Source: Agathobacter rectalis
GTDB lineage: Bacteria > Actinomycetota > Coriobacteriia > Coriobacteriales > QAMH01
Direction: 5' to 3'
DNA length: 62,456 nt
NCBI GenBank assembly: GCA_963590525.1
Contig: CAVAPV010000002.1
Span: forward strand, 15,181-77,636
Below the pieces are notes generated by a model. It searched no databases and was not told where the DNA came from. It saw nothing but the letters and a program-made list of their open reading frames with translations. Below are positions 19,947-28,938 of this stretch, one piece after another. A program made the translations under genes and the position numbers. Within the stretch, counting starts at the first letter, position 1, and each line of letters starts with the position of its first letter.

Positions 19947-21686
19947 CTACAGGCTTGTGGTTTTGGCCTCGCACTCCTTGCGCGCATCCAAAACAGCAGC
20001 GACGATGCGCTCTACAGCTTGGTCGACACCAAGCTCCTCCTTGGTGTTTGCCGCACGGTCCTTGAACTCGACGACGCCGCCAGCAGCGCCCTTCTTGCCC
20101 ACGACCAGCTGGAAGGGCCAGCCCACGAGGTCTGCATCGGCAAATTTGATGCCTGCGCGCTCCTTGCGGTCGTCGATGGCGACCTCGATACCAGCACAGC
20201 TCAGCTCGCAAGCCAGCTTGTTTGCCAGCGGCTCGACCAAGTCGTCGCCCTTGATAAGCGGCAGCACCACGACCTCTGCCGGGGCGATGCTCACCGGCCA
20301 GCCAGCGATACCGCTCTCATCGTTGCGCTGCTCGACCACAGCCGCCATAGAACGCGTGACGCCGATGCCATAGCAACCCATGATAAAGGGCTTCTCTTTT
20401 CCGTTTTCGTCCATGAAGGTGGCCCCCATGGCTTGGGAGTACTTGGTACCCAGCTTGAACACCTGGGAAACCTCGATGCCGCGATTGCCTGCCAGGGGCT
20501 TGCCGCACTTGGGGCAAGCATCACCGGGCTTGGCCAGACACAGGTCTGCGTATTGCTCGACGTCAAAATCACGACCGAGCTTGGCTCCCAGATAATGGAA
20601 GCCGTCCTCGTTGGCGCCAACCGTCCAGGTGGTCATACCCTGCAAAGAAACATCGGCAAAGACCTTGGCACCGCTAGGCAGGCCCACCGGGCCCATGGAG
20701 CCTTTGACCAAGCCGCGCTCTATCATCTCTTCGTCTGTGAACAAGCGCCAGCCTTTAACCAAAGCCTCGATCTTGATCTCATTGAGCTCGTGGTCGCCGG
20801 GGATGAAGAGCACGTAGGTCTCGCCGTCGTCTCCCGTACCGCTCAAGGCCTTGGCCAAAGAGTTTGCAGGCACGTCCAAGAAGGAAGCCAGCTCGTCGAT
20901 GGTATGGACGTTTGGCGTGGCGATCTTCTCAAGCTCACAATCCGGATTATCCGTGCAAGCGATGCCGGCAGCCGAGGCCTCTGCGTCGGCCGCATAACCG
21001 CAGGCGCAATGGAGCAAGTCGCTTTCGCCGGCATCTGCAATAGCCATGAACTCGCAGGTCTCGCTGCCACCGATCTGGCCGCTATCGGCCTCGACCATGC
21101 AGTACTCCATGCCAAGACGCTCGCACACACGTGCATAAGCCACGCTCATCGTCTTGTAGCGCTCGTCCAAGCTTTCCTCATCTGCAGAGAAGCTGTAAGC
21201 GTCCTTCATGATGAACTCGCGCGTGCGCAGCAGGCCAAAGCGGGGGCGGCGCTCATCACGGTACTTATCTTGCATCTGGTAAAGCGTCACGGGAAGCTCT
21301 TTGTAAGAGCGCAACTCGTTGCGCACAAGATCGGTTATGAGCTCCTCGTGCGTGGGGCCGAGGCAGTACTCGACGTCGTGGCGGTCTTTGACGCGCATCA
21401 TCTCGGGGCCGTAGGCGTCCCAGCGGCCAGACTCGTGCCACAGCTCGGCCGGCTGAAGCATGGGCATGAGCACCTCTTGGCAACCCGCAGCTTCCATCTC
21501 CTCGCGGATAATCTGCTCGATCTTGCCCAAGACCTTGCGACCCAAAGGCAAAAACGTGTACATGCCGCTGCCGTTCTTGCGGATCATGCCTGCACGCAAA
21601 AGCAGCTTGTGGCTGGCGATCTCTGCGTCGGAAGGATCCTCTTTGAGCGTGGGAGCGTAGGTGAGGCTAAGCTTCATGATCGACAT
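19947..21686 (-). CDS. proS: Proline--tRNA ligase (bacterial type with INS editing domain)
   Basis: 579 aa. Class II motifs, YKELPVTLYQMQDKYRDERRPRFGLLRTREF. Confidence 0.95.
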   Translation of the reverse strand: MSIMKLSLTYAPTLKEDPSDAEIASHKLLLRAGMIRKNGSGMYTFLPLGRKVLGKIEQIIREEMEAAGCQEVLMPMLQPAELWHESGRWDAYGPEMMRVKDRHDVEYCLGPTHEELITDLVRNELRSYKELPVTLYQMQDKYRDERRPRFGLLRTREFIMKDAYSFSADEESLDERYKTMSVAYARVCERLGMEYCMVEADSGQIGGSETCEFMAIADAGESDLLHCACGYAADAEASAAGIACTDNPDCELEKIATPNVHTIDELASFLDVPANSLAKALSGTGDDGETYVLFIPGDHELNEIKIEALVKGWRLFTDEEMIERGLVKGSMGPVGLPSGAKVFADVSLQGMTTWTVGANEDGFHYLGAKLGRDFDVEQYADLCLAKPGDACPKCGKPLAGNRGIEVSQVFKLGTKYSQAMGATFMDENGKEKPFIMGCYGIGVTRSMAAVVEQRNDESGIAGWPVSIAPAEVVVLPLIKGDDLVEPLANKLACELSCAGIEVAIDDRKERAGIKFADADLVGWPFQLVVGKKGAAGGVVEFKDRAANTKEELGVDQAVERIVAAVLDARKECEAKTTSL

Positions 21687-21695
21687 GGGCTACCC

Positions 21696-23483
21696 CTACA
21701 GATCCAGGCTCAAGGAGACTTCCTTGAGCTGACGACGCGTGACGGCTGCCGGCGCGCCGGTCATGGCATCGGAGCCAGAAGAGGTCTTGGGGAAGGCGAT
21801 GACGTCGCGGATAGAGTCAAAGCCGCCGATGAGCATGACGAGGCGATCGAGACCCAAGGCGATGCCGCCATGAGGGGGCGCGCCAAAGCCCAAGGCCTTG
21901 ACGAGGAAGCCAAACTGCTCGTCGATCTCCTCATCGGACATGCCGATGCGCTTGAGGATGCGGCGCTGCAGCTCGGCAGTGTGGATACGCACGGTGCCGC
22001 CACCGACTTCGAAGCCGTCCATGACCAAGTCGTAGGAGTAGCTGCCGCATGCCATGGGGTCGTCCTCGATCTTGTCGAGGTCCTCGTCGCGCACACGGGT
22101 AAACGGATGGTGCTCTGCGACGTAGCGCTTCTCGTCTTCGTCGTAATGGAACATCGGGAAGTTGACGACCCAGTGCATGTCATGTTTGCCGGCGGGGATG
22201 AGGTCGAGCTTTTTGGCCATATGAAGCCTGATCACGCCCAAGACCTCGTTGACGACAGAGGCGCTGTCGGCGCCAAACATCACCAAGTCGCCGGCCTCGA
22301 TGTTCAAGGCGGCCTTCATGGCCTCGATCTCATCGTCGGTGAAGAACTTGAGGATGGGGCTTGTGACAGAACCGTCGCCGCGATAGGCGATCCAAGCCAT
22401 GCCCTTGGCGCCGGCCTTGACAGCAAGCTCGCCGATCTTGTCGATCTGAGCGCGCGGCATATCGCCTGCGCCCTTGGCGTTGATGGCCTTGACGACGCCG
22501 CCGCTTGCAAGCGCGCTGCTAAAGACCTTGAAGCCGCAGTCAGAGACGATGTCGCTCAAGTCGACGAGCTCCATGCCAAAGCGGCGGTCAGGGCGGTCGA
22601 TACCGTAGGTGCTCATCGCATCGGCATACTGAACGCGGTCAAGCGGGAAGGTGATATCGGTGATACCGACCTCTTCCAAGACCTCGGCCATGACGTCTTC
22701 CATCATCTGCATGACGTCGTCTTCGGTGATGTAGGACATCTCGATATCGATCTGAGTGAACTCGGGCTGGCGATCGGCGCGCAGATCCTCGTCGCGGAAG
22801 CACTTGGCAACCTGGTAGTAGCGCTCCATGCCACCCACCATGAGCAGCTGCTTGAACAGCTGGGGAGACTGCGGCAGGGCATAGAAGTCGCCAGCGCTCA
22901 GGCGCGAGGGAACGATGAAGTCACGTGCGCCCTCGGGGGTGGACTTGCCCAAGATGGGGGTTTCGACCTCGGTGAAACCACGCTTGTGCAAAGCGCTGCG
23001 CAGCGACCAAGTCACCGTGTCGCGCAGGCGCAAAGCGCCAGCGACCTCAGGCCGGCGGATATCGAGATAGCGCCACTTCATGCGCGTGAGCTCATCGGTC
23101 TCCACACCGTCTTCCAACGGGAACGGGGGCGTGGCAGACTCGTTGAGGATGACGCACTCCGTCACGACAACCTCTACCTCGCCGGTGGGCAGGTTGGGGT
23201 TAGCGGTGTCTTCGGGGCGCATGCGCACAAAGCCGGTGATCTTGATGGACCACTCGGGGCGCATCTTCTCGCCCAAGGTAAAGCATTCCTTTGCGTGATC
23301 GGGGTCGAAGACGCACTGAGTGATTCCGGCGCGGTCGCGCAGGTCCACAAAGATGAGTCCGCCATGATCGCGGCGCTTGCCAACCCAACCGCAAAGCGTG
23401 ACCGTCGAATCGACGTCTGCTGCAGTGAGCTGACCGCAAGTGTGGGAATGCATGGAATATGCGTTGAGAAAATCAGTAGGCAC
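21696..23483 (-). CDS. aspS: Aspartate--tRNA ligase
   Basis: 595 aa. OB-fold N-terminus, FYALPQSPQLFKQLLM, GGGTVRIH, bacterial GAD insertion. GTG start with GGAGG 7 nt upstream. Confidence 0.95.
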   Translation of the reverse strand: MPTDFLNAYSMHSHTCGQLTAADVDSTVTLCGWVGKRRDHGGLIFVDLRDRAGITQCVFDPDHAKECFTLGEKMRPEWSIKITGFVRMRPEDTANPNLPTGEVEVVVTECVILNESATPPFPLEDGVETDELTRMKWRYLDIRRPEVAGALRLRDTVTWSLRSALHKRGFTEVETPILGKSTPEGARDFIVPSRLSAGDFYALPQSPQLFKQLLMVGGMERYYQVAKCFRDEDLRADRQPEFTQIDIEMSYITEDDVMQMMEDVMAEVLEEVGITDITFPLDRVQYADAMSTYGIDRPDRRFGMELVDLSDIVSDCGFKVFSSALASGGVVKAINAKGAGDMPRAQIDKIGELAVKAGAKGMAWIAYRGDGSVTSPILKFFTDDEIEAMKAALNIEAGDLVMFGADSASVVNEVLGVIRLHMAKKLDLIPAGKHDMHWVVNFPMFHYDEDEKRYVAEHHPFTRVRDEDLDKIEDDPMACGSYSYDLVMDGFEVGGGTVRIHTAELQRRILKRIGMSDEEIDEQFGFLVKALGFGAPPHGGIALGLDRLVMLIGGFDSIRDVIAFPKTSSGSDAMTGAPAAVTRRQLKEVSLSLDL

Positions 23484-23508
23484 TGTATGCCCTCCTCAGA
23501 TCTTGGGG

Positions 23509-23883
23509 CTAAACCATAGACTGTGGCCCGCCCATCCAATAAAAACACGTCCTTATAGGATACCCCCTGTTACGCTGATAAAGACGCAAAACTTGATGGT
23601 TCTGCAACGTTAGAGAGCACCGCAACGGCATGCAAGCCAAAGTAAACAGCAACAAGGGACAAGCAACCTGCATAAGAAAAAAGGGCCCCTCTTGGGAGCC
23701 CTCCGTGCCAAAGTCTTTGCGCCATGCGTTTTTTGCCTTGGCGCGGTTGTATTTGGCATCGCCGTGCTTGCCGTATCCGCAAGCAAAGCCGTTGTAGCGC
23801 GGTTTTTTGACTTGCCACACCAGACGGCCATCGATAACGAGCGGGCCGTTTTTTGCGACATGCTGTCGCTTTTTCTTAGCCAT
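23509..23883 (-). CDS. Small, very basic ArfA/BrfA-like protein; the formal ORF runs through an internal intrinsic terminator, so the functional product is probably about 66-69 aa made from a non-stop mRNA
   Basis: ATG at 23883 with a strong SD (GGAGGTGAGGAT-ATG). Sequence: MAKKKRQHVAKNGPLVIDGRLVWQVKKPRYNGFACGYGKHGDAKYNRAKAKNAWRKDFGTEGSQEGPFF.... There is no in-frame stop until 23509, yet the terminator lies at 23674-23702. Confidence 0.6.
   Translation of the reverse strand: MAKKKRQHVAKNGPLVIDGRLVWQVKKPRYNGFACGYGKHGDAKYNRAKAKNAWRKDFGTEGSQEGPFFLMQVACPLLLFTLACMPLRCSLTLQNHQVLRLYQRNRGYPIRTCFYWMGGPQSMV
23674..23702 (-). terminator. Rho-independent terminator located inside the small ORF reading frame
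   Basis: Minus strand AGGGCUCC-caaga-GGGGCCCU (8 bp including one G:U) followed by UUUUUUCUU. It covers the codons for EGSQEGPFFL. Confidence 0.8.
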
Positions 23884-23985
23884 ATCCTCACCTCCCCTGC
23901 TACACAGTGCCGCTAGGGCCAAGCAGAATATAGCCAAAGGTCGCAAGCAAAAAGACGCGCCGCTTGCGCAACCGCGAGGCGCTGC

Positions 23986-25299
23986 TTAAGCAAGCATGCG
24001 TGCAACAGCCGATGCAACGTCTTTGACAGAGACAAGGGTCTCCTCATGCGTTGCAAAGTCGCGAATCTTGACATCACCTTTTGCAAGCTCGTCAGGCCCG
24101 ACGACGACGGCGAGGGCGGCACCGCTTTTGCCAGCGACTTTGAACTGGCTTTTGAGGCTTCTTCCTTGCGTGTCAGACAGCGCGGCCACACCGGCATCGC
24201 GCAGCTGCTGCAAGACGGTAAAGGCTTGGGGGCGCACAGATTCATCCACGCAGGCAACGTAGACGCTTGAGGGAGCGCCGGGGTCCAAACTGATACCTTG
24301 AGCCTCCAAGGCCAGCATGATGCGCTCGAAGCCAACGGCAAAACCCAAGCCCGGCAAATCCTTGTCTCCTACCTCGCCCATGAGCCCATCGTAGCGGCCA
24401 CCGCCACCTATGGCGCTTTGCGAGCCTAGGCCTTCTGTCACCTGGACCTCGAAGACAGTGCCGGTGTAGTAGTCGAAGCCTCGGACCAGGCGCGGGTCTT
24501 CCACAAAGGTGATGTTGGCGGCGGCAAGGTAGGCCTTGACCTGCTCATGGCGGGCAAGGCAATCATCGCACAGATGATCGCTAAAACGAGGGGCACCTTC
24601 CATAACCTCAAAGCACGCGGGGTTCTTGCAGTCAAAAGCGCGCAACGGGTTGGTCTGGATACGGCGGCGGCACTCCTCGCACAGCTCGTCTTCATGATCG
24701 GCCATATAGGACTTGACGGCCTGCGTGTAGGCAGGACGGCACTTGTCGTCGCCCATCGAGTTGATAAGCAGCCTCATGGACTGGGGTTTGATACCCAGCG
24801 CCTCAAAGAAACGCATGCACATGATGATCATCTCTGCATCCGCCGAGGCATCTGTTGCCCCCAAGCACTCGACACCCACTTGGTGGAACTGCCTCAAACG
24901 CCCTTTTTGTGGTCGCTCGCACCTGAACATGGGACCAGCGTAGAAGAGCTTTGCCGGAGCCGCACCCTGAGGCACGAGGTTGTGCTCGGCGATGGCGCGC
25001 ACAACGCTTGCCGTACCCTCTGGCCTCAAAGCGAGCTTTTGATCGGATTTGAGGGCAGCTCCCTCTTTGAGGCTTGCCACCGCTCCCACAGAAAACACCG
25101 AGAAGATCTCTTTAGTGGCAGCGTCGCAGGTCTCGCCGCAACCGCGCAAGAAGAGCTCCGATTTCTCAAACGTAGGGGTCTCGATGGGCTCGTACCCATA
25201 GAGAGTAAAGATTTCACGTGCTTTGGCAGTAAACGCATCCCAAGCGCGTGCCTGCGGCGGAAGCAGGTCCTGTGTTCCCTTTGGTGCTTTGTAAGCCAT
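23986..25299 (-). CDS. hisS: Histidine--tRNA ligase
   Basis: MAYKAPKGTQDLLPP... from the ATG at 25299. Class II motifs, FRCERPQKGRLRQFHQ, GGGGRYDGL. Confidence 0.95.
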   Translation of the reverse strand: MAYKAPKGTQDLLPPQARAWDAFTAKAREIFTLYGYEPIETPTFEKSELFLRGCGETCDAATKEIFSVFSVGAVASLKEGAALKSDQKLALRPEGTASVVRAIAEHNLVPQGAAPAKLFYAGPMFRCERPQKGRLRQFHQVGVECLGATDASADAEMIIMCMRFFEALGIKPQSMRLLINSMGDDKCRPAYTQAVKSYMADHEDELCEECRRRIQTNPLRAFDCKNPACFEVMEGAPRFSDHLCDDCLARHEQVKAYLAAANITFVEDPRLVRGFDYYTGTVFEVQVTEGLGSQSAIGGGGRYDGLMGEVGDKDLPGLGFAVGFERIMLALEAQGISLDPGAPSSVYVACVDESVRPQAFTVLQQLRDAGVAALSDTQGRSLKSQFKVAGKSGAALAVVVGPDELAKGDVKIRDFATHEETLVSVKDVASAVARMLA

Positions 25300-25370
25300 G
25301 CTCTTTTGCCTCTCAAACAACAAGAGGCCCTCTCAGGCCTCTTGAAACTAGCAGGTATGACGCGAGAAAC

Positions 25371-25562
25371 TTAGCCGCGGACGACCTTGCCGGCCTTCAG
25401 GCACTTGGTGCAGACGTTGGCCTTGTGCTTGTGACCGTTGGGCTCAACAACCGTGACGCGCTGGATGTTGGGACGGAAGGTGCGGTTGGTCACACGATGG
25501 GAGTGGCTGATGCTACGACCAGCAACGGGGTGCTTACCACAAACAGAGCAAACCTTAGACAT
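25371..25562 (-). CDS. rpmB: 50S ribosomal protein L28
   Basis: MSKVCSVCGKHPVAGRSISHSHRVTNRTFRPNIQ... ATG at 25562 with AAGGAG 8 nt upstream. Confidence 0.95.
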   Translation of the reverse strand: MSKVCSVCGKHPVAGRSISHSHRVTNRTFRPNIQRVTVVEPNGHKHKANVCTKCLKAGKVVRG

Positions 25563-25656
25563 TTCTCGATCTCCTTGCTTCATAAACGGCTCAAGGCCGC
25601 TGATTACCTAAAAAATCGCACGGCCGAGCCACGCGGATTCAGTACTATACCACAAT

Positions 25657-26619
25657 CTAAGCTCTTGGGTGAGCTTGTTTTATGGTATCTCGCATGCGCG
25701 ACAAAGACAGGTGCGTGTAGATCTGGGTTGTAGACAGGCTGGCATGGCCTAACATCTCTTGAACGCTGCGCAGATCTGCCCCGCCTTCCAAAAGATCTGT
25801 GGCAAAGCTGTGGCGCATGTCATGCGGATGAAGCGAAGGGTCGAGCCCTGCTTGGGCGGCACGTGCCTTGAAGACCTTGCGCAAGGCATCTGCGCTCATC
25901 GGGTTGCCGCGCACAGACACAAAAAGCGACGAAACTGGCCTGTCGCCCAAAAGCTGCTCGCGTCCAAAACGCAGATAGCGTTGCAGCGCACAGACGGCTT
26001 TGTCATAAACAGGCACGATGCGTTCCTTAGAGCCCTTGCCCATAAGACGCACCTCATGCTTTTTGCAGTCGACATCGCAAACAGCCAGGCCCGCAATCTC
26101 GCTGATGCGGGCTCCCGTTGCATACAAAAGCTCGAGAAAGGCAGTGTCGCGCAAGCTCACGGGATCGTCTTTTGAAGCGCATATCTCCACTAGACGGTAC
26201 ACGTCCGAAACCGAGGTCTTTCTGGGAAGCGGCTTAGATGGTTTGGGGCTCGACGTGGCAGCAGCGGGATTGTTGCATGTGACCTCTCTCATATTGAGAA
26301 AGGAAAAAAACGTACGGACGGCAGACAAGCGGCGGCTCACTGTTTTCTTGTTCAGACCGTCTTGGTCCATCTGCACCACAAAGCGCCTGAACTCCTTATA
26401 GCTAAGCTCGAAAGGATCGTACCCAACCGCTTGCACCCAGGTAAAGTAGCTATCGATGTCTATCGCATACGAGCGCACTGTATTAAGCGAGTAGCCGCGC
26501 TCGGCATAAAGGTAGCGCAAGAACTCCTTGGCCCAACGCACTGTCTTGGCATCTGCACCGCTTCTGTCAAAACGTGCGGCGATTTCGTCAAACGACGTCA
26601 CAGGTCCTCCGCACGACAT
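25657..26619 (-). CDS. xerC: Tyrosine recombinase XerC/XerD family (chromosome dimer resolution)
   Basis: 320 aa. SAM-like N-domain plus catalytic RHSFATDLLEGGADLRSVQEMLGHASLSTTQIYTH. Follows trmFO, as codV does in Firmicutes. Confidence 0.8.
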   Translation of the reverse strand: MSCGGPVTSFDEIAARFDRSGADAKTVRWAKEFLRYLYAERGYSLNTVRSYAIDIDSYFTWVQAVGYDPFELSYKEFRRFVVQMDQDGLNKKTVSRRLSAVRTFFSFLNMREVTCNNPAAATSSPKPSKPLPRKTSVSDVYRLVEICASKDDPVSLRDTAFLELLYATGARISEIAGLAVCDVDCKKHEVRLMGKGSKERIVPVYDKAVCALQRYLRFGREQLLGDRPVSSLFVSVRGNPMSADALRKVFKARAAQAGLDPSLHPHDMRHSFATDLLEGGADLRSVQEMLGHASLSTTQIYTHLSLSRMRDTIKQAHPRA

Positions 26620-27962
26620 GCAGCGCTCGATACGGCCGACGCGAAGACGTCACCACGGCTAGCAACATAAGCGCTCAGCTCATCCAACGCACGCTGTGCA
26701 TTGGCAAGCTGGCGTTGCGTCTTGTTCTTGATCTTGGGCTGTATGGGCTCCAAGATGCCATGGTTGACATGCATGGGCTGGTAATCCTCGCAAGCAGGAT
26801 CTGTCGCATAGTCAAACAACGCACCCAAAAACGAATGCTTGGGCAAGATGACGCCGGGCATGCCCGAAACCTGAGCATAGACGTTGAGGGCAACGTACAA
26901 GCCAGATGCAACGGCCTCAAGATAGCCTTCGGTACCTGTGAGCTGCCCCGCCAGATGCACCTTGGGACGTCTCGGCAAGGCGAGGCTTTTGGTGAGCACA
27001 TGCGGCGTGTCCACAAAGGTGTTGCGGTGCATCACGCCGTAACGAGAGAACTCGGCGTGTTCCAAACCCGGAATCATCCGAAAGACGCGCTGCTGCTCTC
27101 CAAAACGCAGGTTGGTCTGGAATCCCACAAGGTTGTATGCGGTTGCCTGGGCGTTCTCTGCACGCAGCTGCACTGCAGCCCAAGGGCGCCTGTCGCTTCT
27201 TGGATCGGTAAGCCCCACGGGCTTAAGCGCCCCAAAGCGCAGCGCGTCAAGCCCCGTGCGCGCCACCTCCTCGACAGGTTGGCAAGCGGCAAAGAGCTCT
27301 CTGCGCTTGAAGTGTTTGTCGATGACGCGATCGGCGGCGACAAGCTCGGTGACAAAGGCCTCGTAGCTCTCCTTGTCAAAGGGCGCGTTGAGATAGTCTG
27401 CCGCGCCGCCCTTGTCATAGCGAGACTGCGCAAAGACGACCTCGCGGTCAATCGAATCCGCCTCGATGATGGGGGCCGCCGCGTCATAGAAGGCAAGGCT
27501 GTCACACCCAAGCTCTGCCGAAAGCTCCAAAGCCAAGGCATCGGAGGTCAAAGGGCCCGTGGCGATGATGGCGTAGCCGCTTGGAATGGAGGTAACCTCG
27601 CGGCGCTCGACAGTGATTAGGGGCTCTTGCTCTATCAGACGCTCGACCAGGGCGCTAAAGACCTTTCTGTCTACCGCCAAGGCACCGCCAGCCGGTATGG
27701 CCGCGCGCTTGGCGCACTCGAGCAAAACAGAGCCCATGCAAGAAAGCTCTTCTTTGATGCCGTTTGCCGCAGAGCCAGGCGTAGTGCCCTTTAGCGAGTT
27801 CGAGCAGACAAGCTGGGCAAAGGAGCCTCCCTCATGCACGGCGGTTTGCACCCCGGGGCGCATCTCAACAAGCCTCACAGGCACGCCGCGCCGCGCAAGC
27901 TGCAGCGCCGCCTCGCAGCCAGCAAGGCCCGCGCCTACAACCTCTACCTCGTCAAACGCCAT
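26598..27962 (-). CDS. trmFO: Methylenetetrahydrofolate--tRNA-(uracil54-C5)-methyltransferase TrmFO
   Basis: MAFDEVEVVGAGLAGCEAALQLARRG... from the ATG at 27962. GidA-related FAD fold. The longer track ORF overlaps dprA. Confidence 0.92.
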   Translation of the reverse strand: MAFDEVEVVGAGLAGCEAALQLARRGVPVRLVEMRPGVQTAVHEGGSFAQLVCSNSLKGTTPGSAANGIKEELSCMGSVLLECAKRAAIPAGGALAVDRKVFSALVERLIEQEPLITVERREVTSIPSGYAIIATGPLTSDALALELSAELGCDSLAFYDAAAPIIEADSIDREVVFAQSRYDKGGAADYLNAPFDKESYEAFVTELVAADRVIDKHFKRRELFAACQPVEEVARTGLDALRFGALKPVGLTDPRSDRRPWAAVQLRAENAQATAYNLVGFQTNLRFGEQQRVFRMIPGLEHAEFSRYGVMHRNTFVDTPHVLTKSLALPRRPKVHLAGQLTGTEGYLEAVASGLYVALNVYAQVSGMPGVILPKHSFLGALFDYATDPACEDYQPMHVNHGILEPIQPKIKNKTQRQLANAQRALDELSAYVASRGDVFASAVSSAACRAEDL

Positions 27963-28005
27963 ATGGCTCCCTTCATGGTGTCGCTTTAAGCCCTCAAGTA
28001 TAGCC

Positions 28006-28938
28006 TCAAGCATCCAAAGTTCCCCTAACCGCTTGGTAGCGGCCATCGCGACCGCGCTCCACGAGCCCGTCTATCTCGTAATGCGCCAAGCGGCTCGAGA
28101 GCTGGGAAGCGCTAAAGCCAAAGTATGCGCAAAGCTCCCCTGCAGAAAACGGCTCGGCGGCAAGCGCCGCAAGCACAGGGTCTGCCTTCATAAGAGACTC
28201 CCATCCCTTGGCACCCGCTGGCAAGCCGCAAGGCTCCATAACGCTTAGCGGCAGATGCGCAAAAGCGGCATCGATGGCAATATCGAGCGATTCCTCGTCT
28301 AGCAAGGGAACAGCACCTTGTGCAATGAGGTGGTTTGAGCCCTTGGAGTTAGGCGAAGTGATAGAGCCCGGCACCGCGGCAACGATCCTATCGCAACCCA
28401 ACGCCGCATCCGCAGTAGTGAAGGTCCCGCTGGGAAGGCCGGCCTCGGCGATGATGACGAGCATGGCCAAGCCGGCGATGATGCGATTGCGACGCGTGAA
28501 GGTAAAACCCAACGGCTGCGTATCGGGTGGGTTTTCAGATATGACCGCACCGCCCTTGTCTATCACCTCTTGGAACAGCGAAAACCCACTGGAAGGATAG
28601 ACTACATCTACCCCCGACCCAAAGACAACAACCGTAGGCGTGCCGGCATCTAGCGACGCGCGATGCGCCTCTTGATCGCAACCACGTGCACCGCCAGAGA
28701 TGATCGGGACGCCTCTGCGTGCCGCATGGCGCGCAAAGCGTCTGGCAGCCGCGAGCCCGTATGGAGTTGCCTTCCTGGCCCCGATCACCGCGATGCCCGT
28801 CTGCAAAGCCTCCACACACCCGATGCCAAACAGACGTCTTGGAGGATCGTCGATACCAGCCAGGCTATCCGGATAACCGTCTTGGCCCAAGCAAAGCTCG
28901 AAGCGCGGGCCCGAAAGCACCTTCTTGCCCATGGTCAC
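28006..28938 (-). CDS. dprA: DNA-processing protein DprA (Smf)
   Basis: 310 aa. IAVIGARKATPYG, IISGGARGCDQEAH, RNRIIAGLA, C-terminal wHTH. Confidence 0.92.
   Translation of the reverse strand: MTMGKKVLSGPRFELCLGQDGYPDSLAGIDDPPRRLFGIGCVEALQTGIAVIGARKATPYGLAAARRFARHAARRGVPIISGGARGCDQEAHRASLDAGTPTVVVFGSGVDVVYPSSGFSLFQEVIDKGGAVISENPPDTQPLGFTFTRRNRIIAGLAMLVIIAEAGLPSGTFTTADAALGCDRIVAAVPGSITSPNSKGSNHLIAQGAVPLLDEESLDIAIDAAFAHLPLSVMEPCGLPAGAKGWESLMKADPVLAALAAEPFSAGELCAYFGFSASQLSSRLAHYEIDGLVERGRDGRYQAVRGTLDA

Noticed and set aside
19836-23519. 1227-aa plus-strand ORF spanning the antisense of proS and aspS. Similar cases: 10047-12875 (942 aa, antisense of ppdK), 48849-51881 (1010 aa, antisense of ileS), 57569-59608, 59618-61027, and others.
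   Set aside because: These are shadow ORFs, typical of GC-rich genomes with strong GC3 bias. Their translations are low-complexity (Ala/Gly/Asp/Val/Leu/His-rich) with no recognisable motifs. The opposite strand encodes near-perfectly conserved housekeeping proteins, and one of these ORFs even runs straight across an intergenic gap.
23884-23946. N-terminal extension (MRPLAIFCLALAALCSRGGED) of the small ORF that looks like a signal peptide.
   Set aside because: The extension contains the ORF's own strong SD (GGAGGTGAGGAT) immediately before the internal ATG at 23883. The extension start has no SD and is likely non-coding.
25657-26619. Tyrosine recombinase as a marker of an integrated mobile element or prophage.
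   Set aside because: It sits in the conserved dprA-trmFO-xerC housekeeping context and overlaps the trmFO stop. It has no flanking phage genes, att-like repeats or tRNA target, which is consistent with chromosomal XerC/CodV.
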